Shown here in pieces: positions 15,563 through 24,637 of a DNA stretch of 32,000 nucleotides. The stretch is from Nostoc sp. PCC 7120 = FACHB-418 (GTDB lineage Bacteria > Cyanobacteriota > Cyanobacteriia > Cyanobacteriales > Nostocaceae). The translations under genes were made by a program, and so were the position numbers. How positions within the stretch are numbered: the first letter of the stretch is position 1; each line of letters begins with the position of its first letter. The stretch covers positions 5,070,001 to 5,102,000 of the forward strand of contig NC_003272.1 of the NCBI RefSeq assembly GCF_000009705.1. The letters run 5' to 3'. Under the pieces are notes generated by a model. The model was not told the DNA's origin. It ran no database searches and worked only from the letters and a program-made list of their open reading frames with translations.

Positions 15563-16057
15563 ATGTATCCTCAACGTATTGAACCTCAACCGGGACAAGA
15601 ATCTGTTTGGGACTATCCTCGTCCCCCTCGCTTGGAGGACACAAGCAAACACATTCAGATAATTTTTAATGGGGTAATCATCGCCGATACCCAAAATGCC
15701 AAGCGTGTTTTAGAAACAAGCCATCCGCCTTCCTATTACATTCCTCCAGGGGATATTAAAATGGAATACCTCATCCCTACACCACAATCGAGTTTTTGTG
15801 AGTGGAAAGGATTAGCGGGTTACTATACCATCCGCGTGGGAGATAAAGAAGCGCAAAACGCAGCCTGGTTTTACCCCAATCCGACAACAGCATTTGCATC
15901 GCTGCAAGATCATGTCGCATTCTATGCCCATCTTATGGAGGCTTGCTATGTTGATGGCGATCAGGTGGAACCACAACCGGGAAATTTTTATGGTGGTTGG
16001 ATAACGAAAGATGTCGTCGGCCCTTTTAAAGGTATCCCTGGTAGTTGGGGATGGTGA
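15563..16057 (+). CDS. DUF427-domain protein.
   Basis: 164-aa ORF containing SVWDYPRPP, SHPPSYYIP, CEWKGLAGYY and AWFYPNP. As I recall the family, these are the recurring strings of DUF427. Confidence 0.75.
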   Translation: MYPQRIEPQPGQESVWDYPRPPRLEDTSKHIQIIFNGVIIADTQNAKRVLETSHPPSYYIPPGDIKMEYLIPTPQSSFCEWKGLAGYYTIRVGDKEAQNAAWFYPNPTTAFASLQDHVAFYAHLMEACYVDGDQVEPQPGNFYGGWITKDVVGPFKGIPGSWGW

Positions 16058-16065
16058 AATGTTTT

Positions 16066-17199
16066 TTAGCGCTTGGCTGAGGGTGTTTTTTCGGTAGCAA
16101 TGATGTGTAAATCGATGTTTTTTAGCAAGCGGACTAACTTGTGAGTTAAAGAACCTTTGAGGAGAATTTGCCAACGCGATCGCTGACTTTCACCGATGAC
16201 GATTTGTGTAATACGATATTGTTCAGCAACCTGGGCGATCGCTTTACCTATATCACCACTAGTCACACGAATAAAAGTACCTGCAAATTCTTTACACAAT
16301 TTCTCGCAAGTGTCGATGTGTAAGCTTTCTTCTTTGGTGAGGAATTGTTCAGGATTAGCAACAAATACTACATATAAGGGTGCATTCATGTAATTTGCGA
16401 GTCTTGCACCCCGACGTAACAATTGTACGGATTGGGGATATGTAGAGATACAAACCAAAACTCGTTCGTGAATATTACAGAATTGTCCATTGGCTGTACT
16501 GGCGTTTACCCCTGGTATCGCTTCTTCTTCTACATTGTCTGCTACTTCCCGCAAAGCCAATTCCCGCAAAGCAATGAGGTTACGACGTTGAAAAAAGTTA
16601 TCTAGGGATTGTTGAATTTTTTGTGGTGCATAAATTTTCCCTTCTATTAACCTTTCTTGTAAGGTTTCAGGTGTAACATCTACAACCACAACTTCATCGG
16701 CTTCTTTCAGAATCCTATCAGGTACACGCTCTCTGACAACCACACCAGTGATTTTCGCTACCACATCATTGAGACTTTCCAAATGCTGCACATTCATGGT
16801 GGAATAGACATCAATACCTGCGGCTAAGATGATTTCTACATCTTCATAGCGTTTTTCTCGTGGTGAGCCAGGGACGTTTGTGTGAGCTAGTTCATCAACT
16901 AATACTAACTGGGGTGTAGACCCATAGCGGCTTGTTGATAGACATCGCTTTAAAATAGCATCTGTATCCATTTCAGTGAGTGTTAATCCACCTCTGGCTA
17001 TTTGCTGACGTGGAACAACTTCTAGCCCTGCTGCTTTATCGGCTGTCTCTTTGCGTCCGTGAGTTTCTAACAGACCAATAACAACATCAATTCCCTCTTG
17101 TTTAAGAGCCTGTGCTTCTTCTAGCATCCGGTAAGTTTTCCCTACACCCGGAGCCATACCAATAAAAATTTTATGTTTGCCCCGCTTTACTGGATACAT
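16066..17199 (-). CDS. kdpD: Short KdpD made up of the N-terminal KdpD (P-loop) domain plus a Usp-like domain only. It has no membrane, HisKA or HATPase part.
   Basis: 377-aa ORF. The KRGKHKIFIGMAPGVGKTYRMLEEA P-loop and LVLVDELAHTN are characteristic of the KdpD sensor N-domain. The Usp-like half contains ERVLVCIS...PLYVVFV...QIVIGES. The ORF stops right after this, and it lies last in the kdp operon. Confidence 0.85.
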   Translation of the reverse strand: MYPVKRGKHKIFIGMAPGVGKTYRMLEEAQALKQEGIDVVIGLLETHGRKETADKAAGLEVVPRQQIARGGLTLTEMDTDAILKRCLSTSRYGSTPQLVLVDELAHTNVPGSPREKRYEDVEIILAAGIDVYSTMNVQHLESLNDVVAKITGVVVRERVPDRILKEADEVVVVDVTPETLQERLIEGKIYAPQKIQQSLDNFFQRRNLIALRELALREVADNVEEEAIPGVNASTANGQFCNIHERVLVCISTYPQSVQLLRRGARLANYMNAPLYVVFVANPEQFLTKEESLHIDTCEKLCKEFAGTFIRVTSGDIGKAIAQVAEQYRITQIVIGESQRSRWQILLKGSLTHKLVRLLKNIDLHIIATEKTPSAKR

Positions 17200-17218
17200 A
17201 GGAATTGGTCAATAGTTA

Positions 17219-17367
17219 TAGGACTTACGCACCCAGGTTTTCTGTTGAGACTGGGTGTAAGGGGGTAAGGGTATAGGGGTGTAAGGGTTTTAAACATTGA
17301 CACCCCTATACCCTTTCCTACACCCTTCTCCAAACCCTTGATTTTTCGTTTTCATGCGTAAGTCCTA
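17219..17367. mobile_element. MITE-like palindromic element (~149 bp) with 13-bp perfect terminal inverted repeats.
   Basis: The left end is TAGGACTTACGCA (17219-17231). The right end is TGCGTAAGTCCTA (17355-17367), its exact reverse complement. The interior is itself a long imperfect hairpin (GGTGTAAGGGGGTAAGGGTATAGGGGTGTAAGGG ... CACCCCTATACCCTTTCCTACACCC). It has no coding capacity and lies between kdpD and kdpC. Confidence 0.55.
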
Positions 17368-17416
17368 AGTTAAAAATTCAGAGTTAACTGTCAAATGTTA
17401 AAAATCCCTAATATTA

Positions 17417-18016
17417 TCAGTTTTGTTGACGATTGATATCTTGCAAATCGAGAGCATAATTTAATCGCAGAACATTAACTCCTGGTTCACCAAAAATTCC
17501 TAAAAATCTACCATCAGTGAACTTATTAATTGCCAGGAGAATTTCATCTGGTTGAACACCACGGGCGCGAGCGACTCTTTCTAACTGTTGTCTTGCAGCT
17601 TGAACAGAAATATGGGGATCTAAGCCCGAACCGGAACTATAAATTAAATCGGCAATAGGTTGAACATTCTCATCACGGAGTTGATTTGCTTCCTCAATGA
17701 TGCGCTCAAGCAGTGCTGGGTTGCTAGGAGCTAGATTGCTACCACCAGATATACCTGTTGGCTTGGCTTTTCTGCCTTGACTATATCTAACCGCACTAGG
17801 ACGACTGTGAAAATATTTTTCGGAAGTGAATACTTGACTAATTAAGGTTGAACCTATTGGTGTTCCTTCTATATTTTCCATGATGCTACCGTTAGCTTGG
17901 ATGGGAAATAAACCTTGCCCAACTACTAAAATAGCGAGAGGATAAATAATGGCTGTCACTAACCAAAAGATTAGAGTAATACGAATTGCTCTCAAAATTT
18001 CTCGAATAAAAGACAT
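17417..18016 (-). CDS. kdpC: K+-transporting ATPase subunit C.
   Basis: I prefer the internal ATG at 18016 (MSFIREILRAIRITLIFWLVTAIIYPLAILVVGQ...). The track's start at 18067 would translate an STRR repeat (FNFELLILNFELIN). The sequence has a single N-terminal TM and the SGGSNLAPSNPAL and SGSGLDPHIS motifs. Confidence 0.88.
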   Translation of the reverse strand: MSFIREILRAIRITLIFWLVTAIIYPLAILVVGQGLFPIQANGSIMENIEGTPIGSTLISQVFTSEKYFHSRPSAVRYSQGRKAKPTGISGGSNLAPSNPALLERIIEEANQLRDENVQPIADLIYSSGSGLDPHISVQAARQQLERVARARGVQPDEILLAINKFTDGRFLGIFGEPGVNVLRLNYALDLQDINRQQN

Positions 18017-18023
18017 ATTAATC

Positions 18024-18058
18024 AATTCAAAATTCAAAATTAAAAGTTCAAAATTAAA
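18024..18058. repeat. STRR heptamer repeat, AATTCAA-type x5.
   Basis: AATTCAA AATTCAA AATTAAA AGTTCAA AATTAAA read directly, lying immediately 5' of the kdpC start on the minus strand. Confidence 0.8.
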
Positions 18059-18333
18059 GACAGTCAACCACAGTTACACTCGGTTTTAAACCCGACTTTT
18101 CTCATAACATTTTTCCGTTAATATCACAATTCAATTGGCTCTTCAGTTCATTTTATGGAACAGAATAATAAATAAAACCCAAAGATAGCCTGTATTCATT
18201 GCTGTGACTGGGTTTTAAGTTTTTGAGCCTTTCTATAAAACTGTGATTTTAATGCTCCACCATAAAACCAACGCAAGAGCCATTCAATTTTAGATTTTGT
18301 AGGTGTAGATTTCACCAATCTTTGTTGCCATTA

Positions 18334-18630
18334 TTAAAAGCGCTCTGGTTGAAAAATAACGACAAATAAGTAAATAACAAGTCCGGCGATCACTGCTCCT
18401 AAAATACCAAAAGCCCAGGGGGAGTTTTGATTTAGTGTAATACTAGTAGCTGCATAGACTCTGGGGTTAATGATGAGATGGAAACATAAAATAAGGGCGA
18501 TCGCTAAGGGTAGCTGTTGTTTTGTCCATCTTGACCAAATATAGGCAATAGTCTCCGAAAAAGCGGAGGTAATCGCCTGTATCAAATCCACCATGAAAAA
18601 CTTGTCATATCCATCAATTCCTTTTTTCAT
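18334..18630 (-). CDS. kdpG: Small two-TM membrane protein between kdpB and kdpC, in the position of kdpG in Anabaena kdp operons.
   Basis: 98-aa ORF with two hydrophobic helices (LPLAIALILCFHLIINP and WAFGILGAVIAGLVIYLFVVIF). The name comes from its position in the kdpA-B-G-C-D order described for Anabaena, not from sequence motifs. Confidence 0.6.
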   Translation of the reverse strand: MKKGIDGYDKFFMVDLIQAITSAFSETIAYIWSRWTKQQLPLAIALILCFHLIINPRVYAATSITLNQNSPWAFGILGAVIAGLVIYLFVVIFQPERF

Positions 18631-18660
18631 ACTTTTTCTTATACACCCGCTTAAATTATT

Positions 18661-18695
18661 TAGTTAGTTGTTAGTTGTCAGTTGTCAGTTGTCAT
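18661..18695. repeat. STRR heptamer repeat, TTGTCAG-type x5.
   Basis: TAGTTAG TTGTTAG TTGTCAG TTGTCAG TTGTCAT read directly in the kdpB-kdpG gap. Confidence 0.85.
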
Positions 18696-18735
18696 TGGTT
18701 TTCTTCTCCCCCCTGCACCATCTCGAATCGTTTTT

Positions 18736-20841
18736 TCATGCCAACCCAACCAGAGTAATTAATATATCTATCAATTTAATAGCGATAAATGGTGCAATCA
18801 CTCCACCTAAGCCATAAATGAGAATATTACGTTGAAGTAACTGATTGGCTGTTAATGGTCTAAACTGCACACCTTTTAAAGCTAAGGGGATGAGAGCCGG
18901 AATAATTAAGGCGTTGTAAATTAGAGCCGACAGCACAGCAGAGTTAGTACTAGTCAAATTCATAATATTCAGGCTTTGCAGATTAGCCGCCGCAAATATG
19001 ACCGGAATAATGGCAAAGTATTTAGCAATGTCATTCGCAATGGAAAATGTAGTCAACGCACCACGGGTAATCAGCAATTGTTTACCAATACTGACAATAT
19101 CAATCAGTTTTGTGGGGTCTGAGTCCAAATCTACCATGTTGGCGGCTTCCTTGGCGGCTTGGGTTCCCGTGTTCATGGCTACACCAACATTAGCTTGGGC
19201 TAAGGCTGGCGCATCATTGGTTCCGTCTCCCGTCATGGCTACGAGTTTGCCTTGTGCTTGTTCTCGTTGAATGACGCTGATTTTATCTTCTGGTGTGGCC
19301 TCGGCGATAAAGTCATCAACTCCGGCTTCTTGGGCGATGACAGAGGCTGTGATGTGGTTATCACCAGTGAGCATAATGGTACGTACTCCCATCCGCCGCA
19401 ACTGGTCAAATCGTTCTCGAATCCCAGATTTAACAATGTCTTTTAGGTAGATGACACCGTAAATTTCGTTATCTAGGCAAACTGCTAGGGGTGTACCTCC
19501 CTGTTGGGAGACTCGCTCATAGGCTGCGTCTAATTCTGGGATAGTTTGCCCATTACGAGAACGCACAAACCCTTGAATCGCACCGACTGCTCCCTTTCTT
19601 GCTTCCCTTCCACCAGGTAAATTAGTGCCACTCATCCGTGTTTTGGCAGAAAATTCTACTGCTTGGGCTAGGTTGGGATCTAGGTCATACCTGATACCTA
19701 ATTTCTCAGCTAGGCGGACAATTGATTTGCCTTCTGGTGTATCGTCAAAAACGCTAGCAGCCCAAGCAACGCTGGCTAATTGTTCTACAGAGTAACCATT
19801 AATGGGAATAAACTCTTCAGCCAAACGATTACCCAAGGTGATTGTGCCTGTTTTATCTAACACTAGGGTATTAATATCACCACAGACTTCTACTGCCCGT
19901 CCAGAGGTGGCGATGACGTTAAATTGGGCAACTCTATCCATACCAGCAATGCCAATAGCGCTGAGTAACCCGCCGATGGTGGTGGGGATCAATGCAACTA
20001 ATAAGGCAATTAAAGTCGGGACATTAACTGGTGTATCAGCATAGTAGGCAAATGCAGGTAAGGTGGCAATCACAAATAGAAATACCAAGCTCAAAACTGC
20101 CAATAAGACAGTCAAAGCGACTTCATTAGGTGTTTTGCTGCGTTCTGCACCTTCTACCAAGGCAATCATTCGGTCAATAAAACCTTTACCTGGGTCAGAT
20201 GTCACCCTGACAATCAGTTCATCGGAAATAATCCGTGTTCCACCAGTAACGGAACTAGCAACATCTGAGCCTGATTCTTTGAGAACTGGGGCAGATTCCC
20301 CAGTAATTGCTGATTCATCCACTGAGGCGACACCCATAATTACTTCCCCGTCGGCGGGAATAATATCGCCAGCTACTACATATACAGTGTCGCCTTGTTT
20401 GAGGTTAGTGGAAGGGACTTCTGCAATTGTGCCATCAGGAGAAAGTTGTTTGGCGATCGCTTCTGATTTAGTTGAGCGCAATGTATCAGCTTGGGCTTTA
20501 CCTCTACCCTCGGCGACGGCTTCGGCAAAGTTAGCAAACCAAACAGTAAAAAATAAAATCCCGGTTAATAGACCGTTGAAAAGTTGGGGATTTTTCTGTT
20601 GATTGGGGCCAAATAAGTCGGGATTAATAGTCACGGCTAAGGTGACGAGTGTTGCTACCCAAACCACAAACATGACAGGGTTTTTAATGGCAGATTTGGG
20701 ATTGAGTTTAACAAAAGCATCCTTAATAGCCCTGAGGTAAATTCCTTTGGTTTTGATTCTAGCTTTCTTACGTGCTTGTCGGCGATCGCTCGGACGATTG
20801 CGGGGGGGTTTAACTTTTCGGGTAGGTGCAACTGGGTTCAT
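18736..20841 (-). CDS. kdpB: K+-transporting P-type ATPase catalytic subunit B.
   Basis: The sequence carries TGES, the DKTGTIT phosphorylation site, MLTGDN and GDGTNDAPALAQA. It has a basic N-terminal extension (PTRKVKPPRNRPSDRRQARKKARIK). I prefer the ATG at 20841 (MNPVAPT...) over the track's TTG at 20859, which lies inside the AATTCAA repeat. The exact start is uncertain. Confidence 0.93.
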   Translation of the reverse strand: MNPVAPTRKVKPPRNRPSDRRQARKKARIKTKGIYLRAIKDAFVKLNPKSAIKNPVMFVVWVATLVTLAVTINPDLFGPNQQKNPQLFNGLLTGILFFTVWFANFAEAVAEGRGKAQADTLRSTKSEAIAKQLSPDGTIAEVPSTNLKQGDTVYVVAGDIIPADGEVIMGVASVDESAITGESAPVLKESGSDVASSVTGGTRIISDELIVRVTSDPGKGFIDRMIALVEGAERSKTPNEVALTVLLAVLSLVFLFVIATLPAFAYYADTPVNVPTLIALLVALIPTTIGGLLSAIGIAGMDRVAQFNVIATSGRAVEVCGDINTLVLDKTGTITLGNRLAEEFIPINGYSVEQLASVAWAASVFDDTPEGKSIVRLAEKLGIRYDLDPNLAQAVEFSAKTRMSGTNLPGGREARKGAVGAIQGFVRSRNGQTIPELDAAYERVSQQGGTPLAVCLDNEIYGVIYLKDIVKSGIRERFDQLRRMGVRTIMLTGDNHITASVIAQEAGVDDFIAEATPEDKISVIQREQAQGKLVAMTGDGTNDAPALAQANVGVAMNTGTQAAKEAANMVDLDSDPTKLIDIVSIGKQLLITRGALTTFSIANDIAKYFAIIPVIFAAANLQSLNIMNLTSTNSAVLSALIYNALIIPALIPLALKGVQFRPLTANQLLQRNILIYGLGGVIAPFIAIKLIDILITLVGLA

Positions 20842-20845
20842 ATAC

Positions 20846-20873
20846 AATTCAAAATTCAAAATTCAAAATTCAA
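20846..20873. repeat. STRR heptamer repeat, AATTCAA x4 (perfect).
   Basis: Read directly in the kdpA-kdpB gap. Confidence 0.9.
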
Positions 20874-20921
20874 AAACTCCTGGGGAATAGGATTTTTTTG
20901 CTCCTCTACCCCCAGCCGCTT

Positions 20922-22607
20922 CTAGCTACCAGATGCTAGTTTAAAACCTTCGGCGATGGGGCCTAAAGCTAGGACGGGGAAGAATGTTAAAACCCCCAAA
21001 ATCAAGACTATGCCGGCGGTGACCGTCGTAAATATTAAAGAATCGGTTTTCAGGGTTCCTGGGGTTTGGGGTACGGTTTGTTTACGAGACATACTATCAG
21101 CCAAGAGCAGCATGGCAATAATGGGGACATAGCGGCCTGTAAGAATGCTGAGACTGGTGCTGAGATTCCACCACAGGCTATTATCGGTCAATCCTTCTAA
21201 ACCGGAACCGTTGTTAGCACTGGCTGAGGCGTATTCGTAAACTACCTGGGAGATGCCGTGAAAGCTGGGGTTACTGATGCCGGAAAGGGAGAACGGATAA
21301 GCCAGGGCGATCGCACTGGGAATTAAGACTACTATGGGGTGAATCAGTAATATGAGGCTGGCCAGGACAATTTCCCGCTTTTCGATTTTGCGTCCAAAAA
21401 TTTCTGGGGTACGTCCTACCATGAGTCCGGTGAGGAATACGGTGAGAATCAAATAAATGAATAGGTAAGCAGTGCCGGTTCCCTGACCACCCCAAATAAT
21501 TTGCAAGAATAAGTTAAATAAAGTGGCAAATAGCCCTTGAGGCATTAAGGAATCGTGCATTCCGTTGACTGCACCGCACATGGTAGCGGTTGTCATAACT
21601 GCCCAAAGTGCTGTTTCTGCCCAACCAAAGCGGACTTCTTTGCCTTCTAAATTGGGTTGTTCTATTCCTAAAGTGCCATTAACTAGAGGATTTCCTTGGA
21701 GTTCGCCACCTGCGGCTACCCACACCAGAATTACAAAGACAATAAAGACCATCCAGAATAATAGCCAAGCCTGTTTGATGTTTTTGGCAAATACACCGTA
21801 TGTATAAATCATGGCTGCGGGGATCGCAATCATGGCAATGGTTTCAATTAAGTTAGTCAAGCCGTTGGGATTTTCAAAGGGGTGAGCGGAGTTAGCGGCA
21901 AAAAAACCGCCGCCGTTTTCTCCCAACATTTTGATCATCTCAAAGGATGCTACTGGGCCTCTAGCAATGTACTGGGTTCCCCCTTCTAAGGTAGTGATTG
22001 TCAAAGTTTCGCCTATTGTTTGCGGTACACCTAACAAAACTAAGGCGATCGCACCAATTACCGAGATGGGCAATAATATTCTGGTAATCCCACGGGTAAG
22101 GTCAACATAGAAGTTCCCTAGTTTTCTGCCTGTTAAGCCACGAATGAAGGCAATACCCACAGCTAAACCAGTGGCGGCTGAGGTGAACATCAAAAATCCC
22201 AAGGCTGCTACTTGGGAGAAGTAACTGAGGGTTGTCTCGCCAGCGTAGTGTTGTTGATCAGTATTGGTGACAAAGGAAATTACTGTATGCAGGACGATAT
22301 CCCAACTAGGCACACCTAAACCGTTGGGATTCCAAGGTAATAACCTCTGAAAATATATCAGCGAATATACTAAAATTCCCATGAACAGATTGGTGTATAG
22401 TATTGCCCGGATATACTGCCAACCAGTCATCTCATCTTTAGGACGGACACCTGATATTACATAGACACTCCGCTCTATGGGATTCATTACACGATCAAGT
22501 ATTGTTCTTTCTCCCAAAAACACACGGGCTATATATCTACCTAAAACCGGAGTAATTGCTATGACAATACACAGCGTTAAGCCAATTTGTAACAAACCTT
22601 GTCCCAT
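20922..22607 (-). CDS. kdpA: K+-transporting ATPase subunit A (K+ channel-like subunit).
   Basis: 561-aa polytopic ORF. The N-terminus [30 protein letters not shown] and the internal strings [16 protein letters not shown] and NNGSG are typical KdpA selectivity-filter-like motifs. It is the first gene of the kdp operon. Confidence 0.93.
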   Translation of the reverse strand: MGQGLLQIGLTLCIVIAITPVLGRYIARVFLGERTILDRVMNPIERSVYVISGVRPKDEMTGWQYIRAILYTNLFMGILVYSLIYFQRLLPWNPNGLGVPSWDIVLHTVISFVTNTDQQHYAGETTLSYFSQVAALGFLMFTSAATGLAVGIAFIRGLTGRKLGNFYVDLTRGITRILLPISVIGAIALVLLGVPQTIGETLTITTLEGGTQYIARGPVASFEMIKMLGENGGGFFAANSAHPFENPNGLTNLIETIAMIAIPAAMIYTYGVFAKNIKQAWLLFWMVFIVFVILVWVAAGGELQGNPLVNGTLGIEQPNLEGKEVRFGWAETALWAVMTTATMCGAVNGMHDSLMPQGLFATLFNLFLQIIWGGQGTGTAYLFIYLILTVFLTGLMVGRTPEIFGRKIEKREIVLASLILLIHPIVVLIPSAIALAYPFSLSGISNPSFHGISQVVYEYASASANNGSGLEGLTDNSLWWNLSTSLSILTGRYVPIIAMLLLADSMSRKQTVPQTPGTLKTDSLIFTTVTAGIVLILGVLTFFPVLALGPIAEGFKLASGS

Positions 22608-23080
22608 TTATTTCACGCCCAATTCCAATTGAGTGCTATACCGTTAATTATTTAGATATAAAAAATAACCTGTTTACTGATGAGAGTGTGAGCAATTTGG
22701 CAACTTCTCCGTGAACCACAATTCAATCTACACACTTTACTTGTTTCAACCATTACTATTTCTTGGATACTATTTAAAGTGTCCATCAAGAATATTTAAA
22801 TTTTACTTTTACTCATATTTTTGATTGTGAATACATTTGTTTATACAATACATCCTGAAGATTGGCTACTTTACAATCTGTGAGATTTACTTGCTCAAAA
22901 GTAACCCGCAAGTATAATATTACACGCATTACGATAGATACTTAAGAAAAAAATATGATAAAAATCAAATTCTCTACCTTCAGTTTGATTAACATTTTCA
23001 CCTATTTAATCAGAAATTTAATTTCAATACCGAGAAATAGGATCTAATTTTAGATCAGCTTGAGAATTAGTATATTAAAA

Positions 23081-24637
23081 ATGGTGACTACTAATATGAA
23101 TAAAAAATATATGTTAGAACAAGAATTATTAATAGCTAATGAACCTAAATATTATAAACAAAATATTTTAATCATAGGTGGCGGCCCTTCAGGCCTTGCT
23201 ACCGCATTAATTCTAGCCAAAAGGGGTTGGACAAATATTACTATATTGGAACAACGGGCAACAGCTGATTATTATGAACCTGACAAGTCATTTAATTATT
23301 TAATAGATGGTCGAGGACAAAAGTTAACAGATTATCTGGGCATCACCTCTATCCTGGCAACTCTAGGTGTTTCATCTCAAGAATTTTACTTAACCAAGAT
23401 TGCCCCTAACGGTGACAAAAAATCATCAAAGTTGCCTATTATAGACCCTCAAAGAAAAACTGCTTATTGGATTACCAGAAAAGCTTTTGTGGGGATGTTA
23501 TATCAGCAGATTGAACAGCATTGGAACGAATATATAAAAGTTCTATTCAATGCTAAATGTGTCAAAATTAATAAATTAGCTATCAATAATGAAGTAGAGA
23601 AATTAGAAGTTCTTGCTCAGGTTGGTAACGATAATTTCGTCAAATTTGAGCCTAGTCTTTTAGTTGGGTGTGATGGTCTGCGCTCAGTTGTCCGTAATAC
23701 TTTAGCAGAGTGGGAAACTTCTGGATTGCACAAATTTCAGATGCAGCAGCTACCCTCCGCTAGTTCTGGTTTGAGGTATAAAGTGTTAAGCTTGCCACCG
23801 AAGCCATCTTTGGATCATCGTGGTGAAGAACAAGCTGTGAGCGAAATGGCTTATATTGTCCTGGGAGCTTTACGTAATCGCCAGCGTTATTTAAGACTTG
23901 GTTTACTACCAGTAAAAGACCCAGAGGAACCAAGAACCGCGAATGTAATCGCCTTACCAGACCATGAAGTGTGGACGTTGCAAGATGGTGAGGCAATTTA
24001 TAGGTTTTTCGAGAAATCCTTTCCCCAGTTGCCCATACGTAAAATATTATCCCCCGAAGAAGCCGACCGATTTGCCAAAAGTGAAGGCGGTTATTTCCCT
24101 AAACCCCAATACTGTGATGGATTGCAATTTTTATTGAAACACAAGCCAGAAACTCAGGATGCTTCTGCTGTTGGGGTAGTGTTGTTAGGCGACACTATCC
24201 ATTGCTTTCCGCCAGATATTGGACAGGGGGTAAATGCGGCGTTAGAAGATGTTTGTGTTTTGAATGAGGCGCTTGCTCAGAGTCATGATAACCTCTCACA
24301 GGCATTACCTTTATATGAGTCCTTGCGGCTTGCTGATGTCAAAGCTGTCACCAAACTTGCTCAAATCGCCTTTCCCTGGCAATACGGTCAAAACCCCTTC
24401 CGCACTAAGCTATGGAGTATCAATTTTTTTCTCAGACTTGTACTTAGTCGTTTGTTACCTTTCCTATTTTATCCACCAGCATTTTTCCTCATCCAAAATT
24501 ATCAGCTTTCCTACCAAGAAATTTTGGTTAAAGTCGAACGTACCAGCCAGACTTTATATGTACTTGGGCTGGTAATCGGGTGTGGATTGTTGGTTGTAGG
24601 TGGTCGCTGGCTATTTGTCGCATCACATAATATTTAA
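23081..24637 (+). CDS. FAD-dependent (class A flavoprotein) monooxygenase, kynurenine-3-monooxygenase/UbiH-like, with a hydrophobic C-terminal tail.
   Basis: It has the Rossmann motif ILIIGGGPSGLATALILA, then GCDGLRSVVR, then LLGDTIHCFPPDIGQGVNAALEDV. The C-terminal hydrophobic segments are LLPFLFYPPAFFLI and LYVLGLVIGCGLLVVGG. I took the start as the first ATG (23081) rather than the track's TTG (23060). ATGs at 23096 and 23111 are also possible. Confidence 0.8.
   Translation: MVTTNMNKKYMLEQELLIANEPKYYKQNILIIGGGPSGLATALILAKRGWTNITILEQRATADYYEPDKSFNYLIDGRGQKLTDYLGITSILATLGVSSQEFYLTKIAPNGDKKSSKLPIIDPQRKTAYWITRKAFVGMLYQQIEQHWNEYIKVLFNAKCVKINKLAINNEVEKLEVLAQVGNDNFVKFEPSLLVGCDGLRSVVRNTLAEWETSGLHKFQMQQLPSASSGLRYKVLSLPPKPSLDHRGEEQAVSEMAYIVLGALRNRQRYLRLGLLPVKDPEEPRTANVIALPDHEVWTLQDGEAIYRFFEKSFPQLPIRKILSPEEADRFAKSEGGYFPKPQYCDGLQFLLKHKPETQDASAVGVVLLGDTIHCFPPDIGQGVNAALEDVCVLNEALAQSHDNLSQALPLYESLRLADVKAVTKLAQIAFPWQYGQNPFRTKLWSINFFLRLVLSRLLPFLFYPPAFFLIQNYQLSYQEILVKVERTSQTLYVLGLVIGCGLLVVGGRWLFVASHNI

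Noticed and set aside
15449-16605. ORFs 15449-15694 (-), 15812-16174 (-), 16196-16393 (+) and 16423-16605 (+).
   Set aside because: They overlap the DUF427 and kdpD genes in other frames or strands, or run through STRR repeats. None has motifs.
18196-18315. A 39-codon open frame (VKSTPTKSKIEWLLRWFYGGALKSQFYRKAQKLKTQSQQ) in the 266-bp kdpG-kdpC gap, in frame with kdpG after its TAA TAA double stop.
   Set aside because: Only GTG and TTG starts are available and no Shine-Dalgarno sequence is visible. The length is compatible with chance in this composition. It is worth a glance in ribosome-profiling data but is not supportable as a gene.
18998-21807. Antisense or alternative-frame ORFs within kdpB and kdpA (18998-19270, 19239-19436, 19252-19446, 19802-20044, 20063-20602, 21271-21495, 21565-21807).
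   Set aside because: They are nested in genes with unambiguous P-type ATPase and KdpA motifs. The 179-aa antisense ORF is Ser/Thr/Ala/Pro-rich, as expected from the reverse complement of a GC-richer membrane protein gene.
23041-23056. GATCTAA-TT-TTAGATC palindrome 25 nt upstream of the monooxygenase ATG.
   Set aside because: It is a single short AT-rich palindrome with no second copy and no known consensus. It may simply be part of the 5' UTR. I kept it as a note only.
22608-23080. Search for a kdpF mini-gene or a c-di-AMP (ydaO-type) riboswitch upstream of kdpA.
   Set aside because: No short hydrophobic ORF precedes kdpA on the minus strand. The leader is AT-rich and lacks the G/C-rich conserved helices expected of that riboswitch class.
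24623-24637. A 15-bp 3' overlap of the convergent monooxygenase and priA genes, and the 8-bp gap between the convergent DUF427 and kdpD stops (16057/16066), as possible antisense regulation.
   Set aside because: Tight convergent gene ends are common in compact bacterial genomes. Nothing in the sequence indicates a specific mechanism.
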